From contig NC_045696.1 of assembly GCF_009834535.1 (NCBI RefSeq), positions 24,120,001-24,184,000 on the forward strand: a stretch of DNA of 64,000 bases. The letters are read 5' to 3'. Positions 13,234 to 24,362 of this stretch are shown one piece after another (the first letter of the stretch is position 1; each line of letters opens with the position of its first letter). The position numbers and the translations under genes are program-made. The notes beneath the pieces are model-generated. The model was not told the DNA's origin and did no database searches. It saw only the letters and a list, made by a program, of their open reading frames with translations. The stretch is from Camelus ferus (taxonomy: Eukaryota).

Positions 13234-13396
13234 AAGATGAAGTACAGCACCTAACTACATTAACCTTTTCAGGAGCAACTTGCCAAAAAATAATTATTCC
13301 TGGAGCGCAGGTCTAGTTGGCTAAGGAAAGTGCTTCTGATTTCTCTGTGTTGTCAGCCACATGCATATATTGAGTGCTCACAACTGGAGAATAAGC

Positions 13397-13441
13397 ACAT
13401 CACCATCATCATCATCACATCACCATCATCACCATCATCAC
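13397..13441. repeat. Imperfect (CAT/CAC)n microsatellite
   Basis: cacatcaccatcatcatcatcacatcaccatcatcaccatcatca. Confidence 0.85.
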
Positions 13442-14374
13442 TGTGATTATTTTAAAATTAACTCCTTAGGTCTTTTTAGAACTAAATAACTGATTTTAGT
13501 TAGAGAAATAACTACACTACTCCCACTCTTCTCCTCAGACGTTTTTGTAAACAGAAGGAGCAGCCTCCTTCTGTGGCACTGGCTCAAGTTCTCTGTCAAA
13601 GGCTGGATCAGTTAAAGGAGGGGAAGTTCAAGACAGGGAGTGTTTGGCTGTTTTTTTATGTTCTTTTTTTTTTTAAGCATTATTTACCTATTCCCACATA
13701 AAGATTATCTGAAAATCCCACGTAAATGATTACAAAAAAAGAAAGATTTTGGACTAAACATGGTTTGACAACTAAGCTTATTTCATGAGATAGATTTCTC
13801 TCACATCTTTGCTAATCATGTAATGTCATTCGTACATACTTACAGGTTATTGTCCCAGTAATTCTAGGATCTTTTATTATACCTCATAATCTGCCTCTAG
13901 ACCCTAAACCCTGACTTTGAACTCTCACGCTCACATGAATGAGGAAACAATTTTGACGAGACAGACCTGGGCAACGTACAGGCTGGGATCACAAAGGACT
14001 GTTTCTCCTACACCTTTATCTCACTGTACTCACTGGCTGCCTAGTTAGAGGTGTAGGCAGCAGCTAACACCAGACATAGACCACAGGAACACATGACCAC
14101 AACCTAGAGAAAGAAGGCTGGATAGCTGTGGGGTCAATTCAGATTTTCTCAGGCACAGAAACTCAGGCCCCAAAGTTGTGCCTATCTCTAAGGTCATCCA
14201 GTTCATTAGCTGCTCAGACAGTGATGGTGGCAACAACAACTTTGTCCTAAGTGTTTTTTCTGGTTTCTACTGGAGCCAATGTGAGTCTTGAAATCACACA
14301 AGGCAGGATATGAAAATTCCACACGCTGTCAGTTGGGGTGGGGACAGAGGCTGGAAGGCTGCAATAGATCAGTA

Positions 14375-14555
14375 TGGTTCAGCATTGACAAACACGTTCT
14401 CTCTCTACATCCTGCAATAGGGTAGCTACTAGCCACACTGGCTAATGAGCACGTGAAGTGTGCTAGTGTGACTGAGGAACTGAATTTGAAACATCATTTA
14501 ATTAATTTAAGCTTACATTGCTGCATGTGGCTTGTGGCTACTGTGTTGGAGAGTC
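14375..14555. mobile_element. MER3/MER33-like hAT-Charlie element
   Basis: tagctactagccacactggctaatgagcac...gtgctagtgtgactgaggaactgaattt...catgtggcttgtggctactgtgttgga. Confidence 0.8.
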
Positions 14556-15454
14556 TTCCCTCCTCTTTGTATGTTTATTCACTTTTCCACGCATGTCATC
14601 TTGCCTTTGACCCTTATAATTCACTAAATTCTTTCAGTGAACAAAACACAGTTAATGCTCCCAAATTTGTTTTGGCAATATATCCACCAGGACATTTCTG
14701 CAATATTTTAGGTACTGGTTAATGGATGCTCTGTACAAATTGGTCTGAGCTGAAGGATTAGTTCATGTAGTTCTCATGAACATCGATGGAAATTACCCAT
14801 GAAACTCTCTGAGCACCAATGAGAGACAAGGCCCCCTGCCTCCTCTGGCTTTTAGCTAATCTGGATTGTTAAGGAACCCCCATGCACCCCCATGCATTGT
14901 GTGACATCTGACTTGCTGGGAAGTCATGGGTTCAGGAGGTAAGGCCAGTCAAAGTCTTTGCAGTAAAGCTAGGTTAGTCTCTTTATTCCTTGACTTGACA
15001 TTTATAACTGGTAATATCCCTCTAAAAAATCCTTAATTAGTTCTTGTTCTGACCCTGTAGAGAACTTCTTCAGCTTTCAGTTACGTATTAGGCAACTATT
15101 AGGCAATTATAACCACTGTGGTCGTAAGTACTAGTATTAAGCCCGTGTGCTTTTCTGTTGTTGAGGGAAATCCTGTCAATGTCAATTAAAATTTAAAAAT
15201 TAGGAAGTAATAGAAATAAAATAATAAACACAAGCATTATAGACTTTTCTCTGTATGATGGATGCAGTTCTTATTTACCTGATGCTTTCATGGCCTAAAT
15301 GAACCAAGAACAGGGATTCTTCAGTTCCAGATGTCTTTGGTCTGAAACCTTCAGTTGAGCAATGCCAGATCAGCACCTTAGAGCAAAGGAGGCAGATTTT
15401 TAGAAGCATTCAAATGGTTAGCCCCATAAAGGATAAAAAATGTAATAGAAACAT

Positions 15455-15520
15455 TATGCTGTACACCAGAAATTGACATAAGATTGTAAACTGATTATAC
15501 TTCAATAAAACATAAATTTT
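15455..15520 (+). mobile_element. Ultra-short L1 3' terminus with flanking direct repeat
   Basis: tatgctgtacaccagaaattgacata...tatacttcaataaaa flanked by aaaaaatgtaatagaaacat at 15435-15454 and 15521-15540. Confidence 0.88.
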
Positions 15521-16369
15521 AAAAAATGTAATAGAAACATGAAAGAACTACATACGCATACTTTGAAGGATGAGTTTTTGCCTTGTCCCAGGCCCAGAGC
15601 AAAGAAGGAGGAAAGAAATTCTCTACTAGTTTCCTCTAGATGCTAGAGAGTTTCCCCTCCCTTCCCAAAGCAGCTCATCTGTCTAGCCTTCTGCTTGAAT
15701 GAACTCTCCGTCTCCTATTTCATCTCAGAAGCCTGATGATTCTCTACTTCCATGTTTTCTTTAAGACCTACTTTCCCCTTTAGCCTTTCTGGGATCAAAA
15801 CACATTTGTCAAGACTTCAGCATTTAATTCCCCCCGAACATTGTCTACTATGTTCTTGATTTCCTCCTGGTCAGACTGGAACTAAATCAACTCGTGGCAA
15901 TTTCTGTAGCTGTTTTTGGAAACCATTCCTTAGCCTGATTAAATTATTTTTCCAGATGGTCAGTGTTATTCCAACAGGGCTATGGGCAGAAGAAAACACA
16001 GACCCATCCATTTAGAATATTGATTCTGTCGACAAATTCTTCATGTTGTTATGTCAGGCACTGAGTCATCCTTCCCTGTGGAGGTTGACCTTTAAAAGGT
16101 CAGGAGATCATGTCAAGAGTGAGGGCAGGACATGAGGAGATGGAGATCCCAAGGTGGCTCTCCCCGACCTTGGTCATCAGGGAAATAGAGAATCATCAGG
16201 CTTCTGAGATGAAAAAGGAGATGAAGAGTTCGTTCAAGCAGAAGGAAGTAGGTAAACTTAGTTTTCTTCTGAATTCTCCTTCCCTACACAATATAACCTT
16301 CAAGTGTCTCCACTTAGCAGCCATTGTCTACAAACATAGAATTGATTCACTCTCTAGTTCATTCAGGAT

Positions 16370-16680
16370 ATGAGAGACTGGGTGGTTTATAAAAAAACAG
16401 AAATTTTTCTCATCATTCTGGAGGCTAGAAATCTAAGGTCAAGGTGTCTGGTGGGAAATCCTCCTCCCTACTAGAAATCCTGCTTCCTAGTTCATAGATA
16501 GTCATATTCTCACTGTATCCTCCCACGGCAGAGGGAGCAGGGGAACTCTCTGGGTCTCTTTTATGGGGCACTGATTTCATTCATGGAGGCTCTGCCAATC
16601 CCACATCCTAATGCCATCATATTAGGGGATTAGGTTTCAATTTATGAATTTGGGGGGACACAAACATTCAGCCCATAGCA
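16370..16680 (-). mobile_element. MLT1A-like solo LTR (ERVL-MaLR)
   Basis: ttctggaggctagaaatctaaggtcaagg...ttaggtttcaatttatgaatttggggggacacaaacattcagcccatagca. Confidence 0.88.
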
Positions 16681-18654
16681 TTTACTTTACTGGTTATCAT
16701 AGGAGTCCAGTGAGATTTCTCCCACCTACCACCAACAGGTCAGGATCAGCTCTTGCTGCTTACCTTACTCAGCTCTGCCTGCCTTAAGAGATGGGTAGAT
16801 ATCACCCCACTTATCAGCTGGAAAAATATTGATTGGAAGGAGCTAACCAATCTTTGATCACCAGGCATAATGCAAATGCTACCCTCTTAGAGCAGGTACT
16901 CGTCTATGAATTCCATGATGTCAGAGAGGTCAGGCCTCAAACTGACCTGTGAAGATGCTCTAAAGAAGAGAACTGGAGGACCTTTGTCTGCTTCAATAAT
17001 ACACAAACACTTTAACTATGCCTTTTGGGAAATCGTAACTTCCCGCAGTGAATTTCTCTACTCCCAGGGCTTTCACTCTCTCACGCTGAGAATATCAGGC
17101 CACAGAAGTACAGAGCATCATGGTAGAGCAGTGGGAGAGAGATTCAGGGGCAAGCAGGCCTGAGCAATCTCGTAGGCCATTCTGTGCAGGTAGTAAGACA
17201 CTTAATTCACATAAATGTGGGGTTGCCCCCATCAAATGGAAACTACTATATCAAAAATTGAAGGCAATAAAAATTGAATAAACCATGTCAATGCAGGCTT
17301 CGGGTCCGAGTTATTCAGCTTGCTGAGTCAGTTCCATCCGGCTTAATCTTGCCTTTGGTAGTGGACAGTGAGAGGAGTGGCTTGAGTGCTTTTTTTTCGT
17401 TTTATCTGCCTATGTCGTTCCTTGGAGTTCTTCCAAAGTCTGCCAGTTTGGTGTTCCTAGACCCCAAAGTGAGTCCCCCAGAATCTGTGTGATCTCAGCA
17501 TGTCGTGCTGGCAGCAGCCTGACTTTCTCATCGGGTTAGCCTATCCCTCTCTGAGTACAGACCAGAACATCCCTGGCTTTTCTTGTTGTCCTATCTCATT
17601 ACTTACAAATGGCAATCTAATTTGCTGTCTCCTGAACACCACACACTCCTTAGCTATCTCACTTTGTCTGATTAATTTATCTTCATCTTTCCCCAGATTT
17701 GATTCATTTGCATTTTCCCTAAAGTTATTTAATTATGTTATCTCCTTATTTAGAGCCTCCCTGGATTGAAGAAAGCAGGAAGATGCAGAGGATAACAATG
17801 GCTCAGTGATATTATTTGGAACCTAATTTTTATTCTGTTGGTGAATCCCTAGATAACCTCAGGAAAGTCAGTGAGCCTCTTTCAGCCAACATTCCTTCAC
17901 CTTGAAAAAAATGGGGAAAGAACAATGCACCCCTTGAGGTGACCACAGGGAATAATTAACAAAATGAAATTAATAAATTGAAAGTGACATACAGATCAGC
18001 ATTTTTGAGGATCACAGGAACATTTTTTTTCCTTACAGACTAATTGCAATATGTCTTATTTTGGAGCCTGACCATTTCCATAGGTGGGGTGGGAGAAATC
18101 TTTCAGTCTGTTGAGCTTGCTTCTTCTTCAATGTTTCGTGGCAATAATGGCCTATAAGGAAAGTGATATTTAGCACCTCATACAAAAGCATGTGTTTCTT
18201 GTGATTTTGTTTCTGCTTTCATGTGTCTTTGTCCTTCAATTTATGTCTTAATTATAGTCAGGGCTGATTTTAAGATTGGAGTACGCTGAGAAGTTCCTAC
18301 TCCTGCCACGAGGTATCCTCCTGATTCAGATATGACAATGACTTACATCCTCACCAGTAGAAATTTCTTCCTTTAGGTTTAAAGGCTTTTGGTTATTTAG
18401 CAATCCCCAAACTCAGTGATAAGACATAAAATATTATCTTCATATATATACATATCCTTTGATGTATGTATGGTCTTTCTTATGTATGTATAAGTACATA
18501 CACATACATATTATGAAAGATAATACTTTATGCATTACTGTTGAGTCACTAACACACATCAGGGCTAGGGATGTTGAGGAATTAAAAAGAGGGAAAGAGG
18601 TCAATAAATTGCTTGCCTACATTATAGTTTTGCCAAGGATTCACTCTTTTCTTA

Positions 18655-18800
18655 AAAAAAAAAACTTAAAATTTAGAATAGATTTACAGAAAAATTATGA
18701 CTATAGAACAGAGTTCCTGCATTCTCAATTTCTTCAGGCATTTTACATTAGTATGGTATACTTTTTATAGTTAATAAACAAATAATGATACATTATTATT
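18655..18800 (-). mobile_element. L1MC-like 3'UTR fragment, antisense
   Basis: tagatttacagaaaaatt...tagaacagagttcc...ttacattagtatggtatac...gatacattattattaac. Confidence 0.65.
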
Positions 18801-20535
18801 AACAAAGCCCACAGCTAACATCATACTCAATGGTGAACAGCTAAAAACCCTTTCCCTAAGATCAGGAATAAGACAAGAATGCCCACTCTCACCTCTCTTA
18901 TTTAATATAGTACTGGCAGTCCTAGCTAGAGAAGTCAACCAAGAAAAAGAAATAAAATATATCCAAATCAGAAAGGAAGAAATAAAATCATCTCTATTTG
19001 CAGATAGCATGATATTATAATATTTAGAAAAACCCCAAAGACTCTACCAAAATACTTTTTCAACAAATAAACTAATTCAGTCAAGTTGTAGAATACAAAA
19101 TTAACATACAAAAATCACTTGTGTTTCTATATACTAAAAATAAATGATCAGAAAGAGAATTAAGAAAACAATTTCATTTATAGTTGCATCAAAAAGAATA
19201 AAATAACTAGGAATAAATTTAACCAATGAGGTGAAAGATCTGTACACTGATGGAAGAAATTGAAGACACAGATAAATAGAAAGATATTCTGTGCTTATGG
19301 ATGAAAGAACTAATATTGTTAAAATGTCCATAATTAATACCCGAAGCTATCTATAGATTCAATGCAATACCCATCAAAATCCCAATGGCATTTTTCTCAG
19401 AAATATAAAAAACAATCTTAAAATTTGTATGGGACTGTAAAAGAGCCTGAATAGCAGAAGCAATATTGAGAAAGAAAAACAAAACTGGAGGCATCACACT
19501 TCTGATTTCAAACCATATTACAAAGCTTTAGTAATCAAAACAGTATTATACTGGAATAAAAAGAGACATATAGATCAGTGAAACAGAATAGAGGGCCCAT
19601 CCCTAGATATAAACTCATCCCTATATGGTCAATTAACCTATGACAAAAGAGGCAAAAACATACAATGGGGAAAGAATAATCTCTTCAATAAGTGGTACTG
19701 GGAAAACCTAGACAGCCCCATGCAAAAAAAGGAACCTAGGCCCCTATCTTATAATATACAGTAAAATCAATTCAAAATGGAATAAAGACTTGAATGTAAG
19801 ACCTGAAGCCATAAAAGTCCTAGAAGAAATATAAGGGGTAAGCTCCTTGACATCAGTCTTAGCAATGAGTTTTTACATTTGCCACCAAAAGCAAAGGCAA
19901 AAAAAGCAAAAATAAACAAATGAGACTACATCAAACTAAAAAGTTTTTGTACAGCAAAGGAAACCATCAACAAAAAGAAGAGACAACCCATGGAATGAGA
20001 GGAAATTGCAAATCATTTATCTGATAGGAGTTTAGTATCCAAAATATATAAAGAACTCATAGAACTCAATAGCAAAACTCAAACCATGAGATTGAAAAAT
20101 AGGCAGAAGAACTAAGCACACATTTTTCCAAAGAGGACATACAAATGGCCAACAGATACATTAAAGTGTGCTTACCACTGCAAATTATCAGGAAAATGCA
20201 TGTCAAAACCACAATGACATCACCATGCATCTGTTAGATTGGCTATCATCAAGAAGACAAAGGGTAATAAGTGTTGGAAAGGATGTGAAGAAAAGGGAAC
20301 CCTGCACACTGTTGAAGGGAATGCAAATTGGCTCCGCCACTATGGAAAATAGCATGGAGGTTCCTCAAAAAATTAAATGTAGAACTACCATTGATCCAGC
20401 AATTCCCCTCCTGGGTATATATCCAAGGGAAATGAAAGCAGGATTTTGAAAAGACATATGCACTCCCATGTTTATTCATTATTCACAATAGCCAAGATAT
20501 GGAAACAACCTAAGTGTCTGTCAATAGATGAATGG
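18801..20535 (+). mobile_element. L1 ORF2 remnant (RT domain to C-terminal Cys-rich region), inactivated by stops and frameshifts
   Basis: Translates in pieces to [37 protein letters not shown] (canonical LFADDMI) and [11 protein letters not shown]; several in-frame stops; most of the 3'UTR and the polyA are absent. Confidence 0.95.
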
Positions 20536-20539
20536 GAGA

Positions 20540-20840
20540 CTAAAGCAAGAAAATGGTATGGTCCAAGGCAGGGAGTATAAGAAGCAGGTTTGCAGAAGTA
20601 GATGGAGGATGTCTCTGAGTTGTCCAGCTGGACACATTGAGTGAGCAGCTGGAAATACAAATCAGTATCTGAAAGAGAGAGATCTGGGCTAGAGATCTAG
20701 GTTAGGGTATATCTTTGAAGTACAAGTGGTAGCTGTAATCATTGCAAGATGTAAGAGCACATGTAAAGCAATGAGAAAGGTATAAAATCTTTCTTGCGGG
20801 TGAGTACAGAGAAAAGGAGCCAGTAAAAGATGACATTAAA
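20540..20840 (-). mobile_element. L2 fragment, antisense
   Basis: gagtgagcagctggaaatacaa...gagagagatctgggctagagat...ggtagctgtaatcat. Confidence 0.7.
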
Positions 20841-21139
20841 AGTGCATCTTGTTCCACTCTTTTGATCATTACGAATTAGAGGGATTAGGAGTTCATGCTT
20901 GGAGCTTCCCCATCCTCTGCTTCGGTGAATTCATGAGCCACCTCCTACATCCCTTTTTGGTTTCTGAAATCCATGCCTCTGTGTCTTTCACCACCTACTG
21001 TTACCCAGGACTCCCTTTCCTCTTGCCATTCAGAACGTAACATAGCCCTCATTCTTGTCCTTCCATTCTCATCATTTATTTTCTCTCCTTGGCTGGTTTT
21101 ATTTTTTTCCAACATTTACATGGACTTTAGATGGAAACG

Positions 21140-21340
21140 TGGGATCAAACCCATGTTTTGTTCTTCACAGGCTGTGTGACTTTGGACAAGTATCTTCACC
21201 GCACTGAGCTTCAGTGCAGTTATCTGTAAAATGGAGATCGTATCTACCATCCAGTGCGGTTGTGTGGATTAAAAGCTTTCCCATCAGCCAAACACCGATT
21301 GTTGTGTCTGATCCTGAGCAGGCACTCAGTAACTAAAACC
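21140..21340 (+). mobile_element. MIR SINE
   Basis: gctgtgtgactttggacaagt...ctgagcttcagt...atctgtaaaatggag...ggttgtgtggattaaa. Confidence 0.8.
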
Positions 21341-22094
21341 TCAGCCCTAATTCTTACTGCTGTTTCTGATTCCTTAGTATTTTGTTTATACCTCTCTGTT
21401 GTCACTGGCTAGGTATATTTGTAGTTTTCTTCCTACCAGCTCTTTGAGGACTAGCAAGGGAATGTGTCTGAATTTCTGTTCATTTCTTTTTCTTCACATG
21501 CAATGGAGCACAGTAAATAACTGGGAAAATATTCATACATCTAAACATCTACCAATAAACATCTCAATAAATACCTGGGACATTGTAGGCCTTGACAGGT
21601 ATCTGCCAAAGGAGTGAAACCTGCTGATGATCTTTTCAAGTCTCTTCTAACATAAAGGAAATCTTAGCTCGATTTGATGAGTCACAAGCAAATAATCTCC
21701 TAAATTCTAAGCTTTTGGGACACTAGTGTATCGCCATGGGTTGTGCTCCTTTCTGAGGTAAAATATTAATCCATGCTATCACTGGAAGGAGCAGCACCCT
21801 AACCGACCTACTGGGTAACCAGTTGAAAATCCTGCCTCCTTGGCACTCGTGACCGAGAGGGCGAAGGAGCATGTTGGCACTAGGCCAACACGGAATCAAA
21901 GCCTGTTTCTCTAAACTTTTACCTGAAGTGCTCTTTCAAATTACTTCTCCCCAACTGCCTGCTCTCCTGCGTTTTATTTTGGCCCTGTTCATTTCCGTAA
22001 AGAATGAAAAAGCACTCTGCCCATTTAAAATTGGGGTCAGGACACAACAGGTAGCACCAGGTTAGTAGAAAAAGTGCTGAGAGGAAAGGTAAAG

Positions 22095-22255
22095 AGATGG
22101 ATTGTGGTCTCGGTTCTGCAATATATTAACTCCGTGACCCCGATCAAGTTGCTAACATCTTGGAGTCGCAGTTTCCTCATCTGTGAAATGGGGATACTAA
22201 TTAACATTTTGCCGCCCTCCCAAGACTCTTGCTAGGTCAGGTCAAATAATGGCGA
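22095..22255 (+). mobile_element. MIR SINE core
   Basis: cagtttcctcatctgtgaaatgggatactaa. Confidence 0.7.
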
Positions 22256-24064
22256 CCACTTGAAAAAGTGAGTTTCCCTCTGAGTCCTTAGTCGATCAAT
22301 AAAAAGAAAGACCAAAGAGGGATTCTCTGTCTAGAAATGAATAACACCAGACTGCTGTCCTAGGAGGAAACGGTTTGTTCAGTTATCAAGGGTAAATCTA
22401 GCATTTATTTGATCTTTGATCATTGGGGAGGAAATTCTTCGACCTGTCTTGAAATTGCCCTCACAAGTACGTACTTCAAAGAGTCCTACTTTTTGTGTCT
22501 GCTTGGACCATAGTTACTCCTTAGAAATGTGCTTGTGACCTTTCGTATGTCCGTGTAGCACTTGCTTTTGCACACACACAAATCCTCAAAGGAATTAGCT
22601 TGGTACCATTTAAACTTGCATGTAAAGCGTAAGTGTAAGAATCTGGGGGAAATAATCTGTCAGTTGTATGTAATAATCGTCTTAAATAAGCAGTTCGAGG
22701 CTTATCTAAAGCTCGCCCCAGCTAAACAAAGAAGGCAGTCAGCAGAGCCTCAGACGCTGAACCCTGAACCCTGGCCGGACCTTGCGCAGGGCAGCCTGGT
22801 AACAGGAAGGCAGCAAGACACACTTTGAACCGGGGGTTCTAAGGCTGCGGTGGGGTTATAGACAGGGTGACAGCTGCACTTTGCAGCCTGAACTTTGTAC
22901 CTAGACACAGGGGCATTTAATCTCCATAACAGGCACTTTGTTTCATTACTTATTAACAGCTCCTCCTTGAGTAAAGTTCTTTGTTAATGGAGCTTTAAAA
23001 TACGATCCCTCTCTCCTTTCTCCCCGCCGTGGGGATGGGCTGCGCTGCCTGTTCTCACCATCCGGCCCCCACACGGGCTGGTGCTTCCACGGGGAAGGCT
23101 CTTCCTCTGTTTGCAGTCGGCCCTTGGAGAGGTGCCACTTTGCAACTACTGCTCCGGAGACACACTGTTTCCTAGTTCACACTTGGAGAAGGTAACTGCG
23201 GTCCTGGTGCCATTAAATGTCCCACCAGGCAGTGACTCGGGTCACTTCACCTCTCCCTTACCATAGCAGCACCCCTTTTCTTTTTGCCCATTCTTTTGGC
23301 TGCCCCATTTTTTTTCCTCCTCTCCTTATTTCTTTCTGCCCATTCAGCCTCTCAGTGGCACTAGAGTTAAATAATGGTGACCCCTGTCACATACATCATT
23401 TCCCCAGCCAGTGGAGCCAAGATGTGTTTTGTTGCAGCTGGAAGTCCAAGCAGTTTAAGTGTATATTCAAGCATCTTCCTTCCCAAGTAAACGCATTTGT
23501 CCTGAACTTCAACACATTAGGAGCTGATCTTCAGTAAGCTTGAAGTGTCAGCTATTTTAAGAGAGGGTCTGGACTCCAGAAAAAGGGAAAGTAGGGTCGT
23601 TAGTGAGTTAAGAATTAGCTTCCATCTATAAAATAAATACTAGTTCTACTGAAAACACTCTGACTTCCATGCCTCCAACCAAAGAACGTATAGACACTAA
23701 CTCAATTGCTAAGATTTGCTCACTACTGATCAGTGAACAGGCTTTGGTTTACGGAACCTTGGAGGCAGTTCCTACAGGCTATTCATTTAGTTACCAACAA
23801 AGACCCAGAATGCCTCTACAAGCTTTGCTTGAGGGTTTGGGGGCCCCAAATTAACCTCTCACCACTCAGCTACTTTGTCTATTTTGGAGCAGTTGAGGCT
23901 TAATTCAGACAATAATTCACTCTCTTCTCATTTTTCTTTTTATGTTTAAAAATGCCTGTGTGTCGAGCTCTCATTTACCAAAAGGTCAGCCCTGGAGTCA
24001 GCCCTGTCTGGACACCATGCATCAAAAACTCCCCATCCTCCCTGGCTGTCTCTCACTCTCCCAA

Positions 24065-24098
<34 letters not shown>

Positions 24099-24118
24099 AC
24101 GCACACGCACACGCACAC
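24065..24118. repeat. Compound (AC)12(GCACAC)5 microsatellite
   Basis: Read directly; continuous purine-pyrimidine alternation. Confidence 0.95.
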
Positions 24119-24234
24119 CCTGCAGGGTGGCTCAGCCCCACCCACCTATCTGTTCCAGCTCTCAGCCACCAAGTCCATCTGTGCTCAAGCTGGTTGACCA
24201 AAACGACTTTGAGAGTCAGAGTCCAAGTTTACAC

Positions 24235-24362
24235 ATCTCTGCCTGACTTTCCTCTTTTGTTTTTTTCCTAGTTTTTCCCCCTTGCTCCTCCTCCTCTCGT
24301 GCTCTCTCTCTCTCCTTCTCTTTTCTTCTTCTTTTCTTCCCTTCACTCTTCTTTTTTCCTTA
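24235..24362. repeat. Polypyrimidine (CT-rich) low-complexity tract
   Basis: About 130 bp, mostly C/T on the + strand. Confidence 0.85.
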
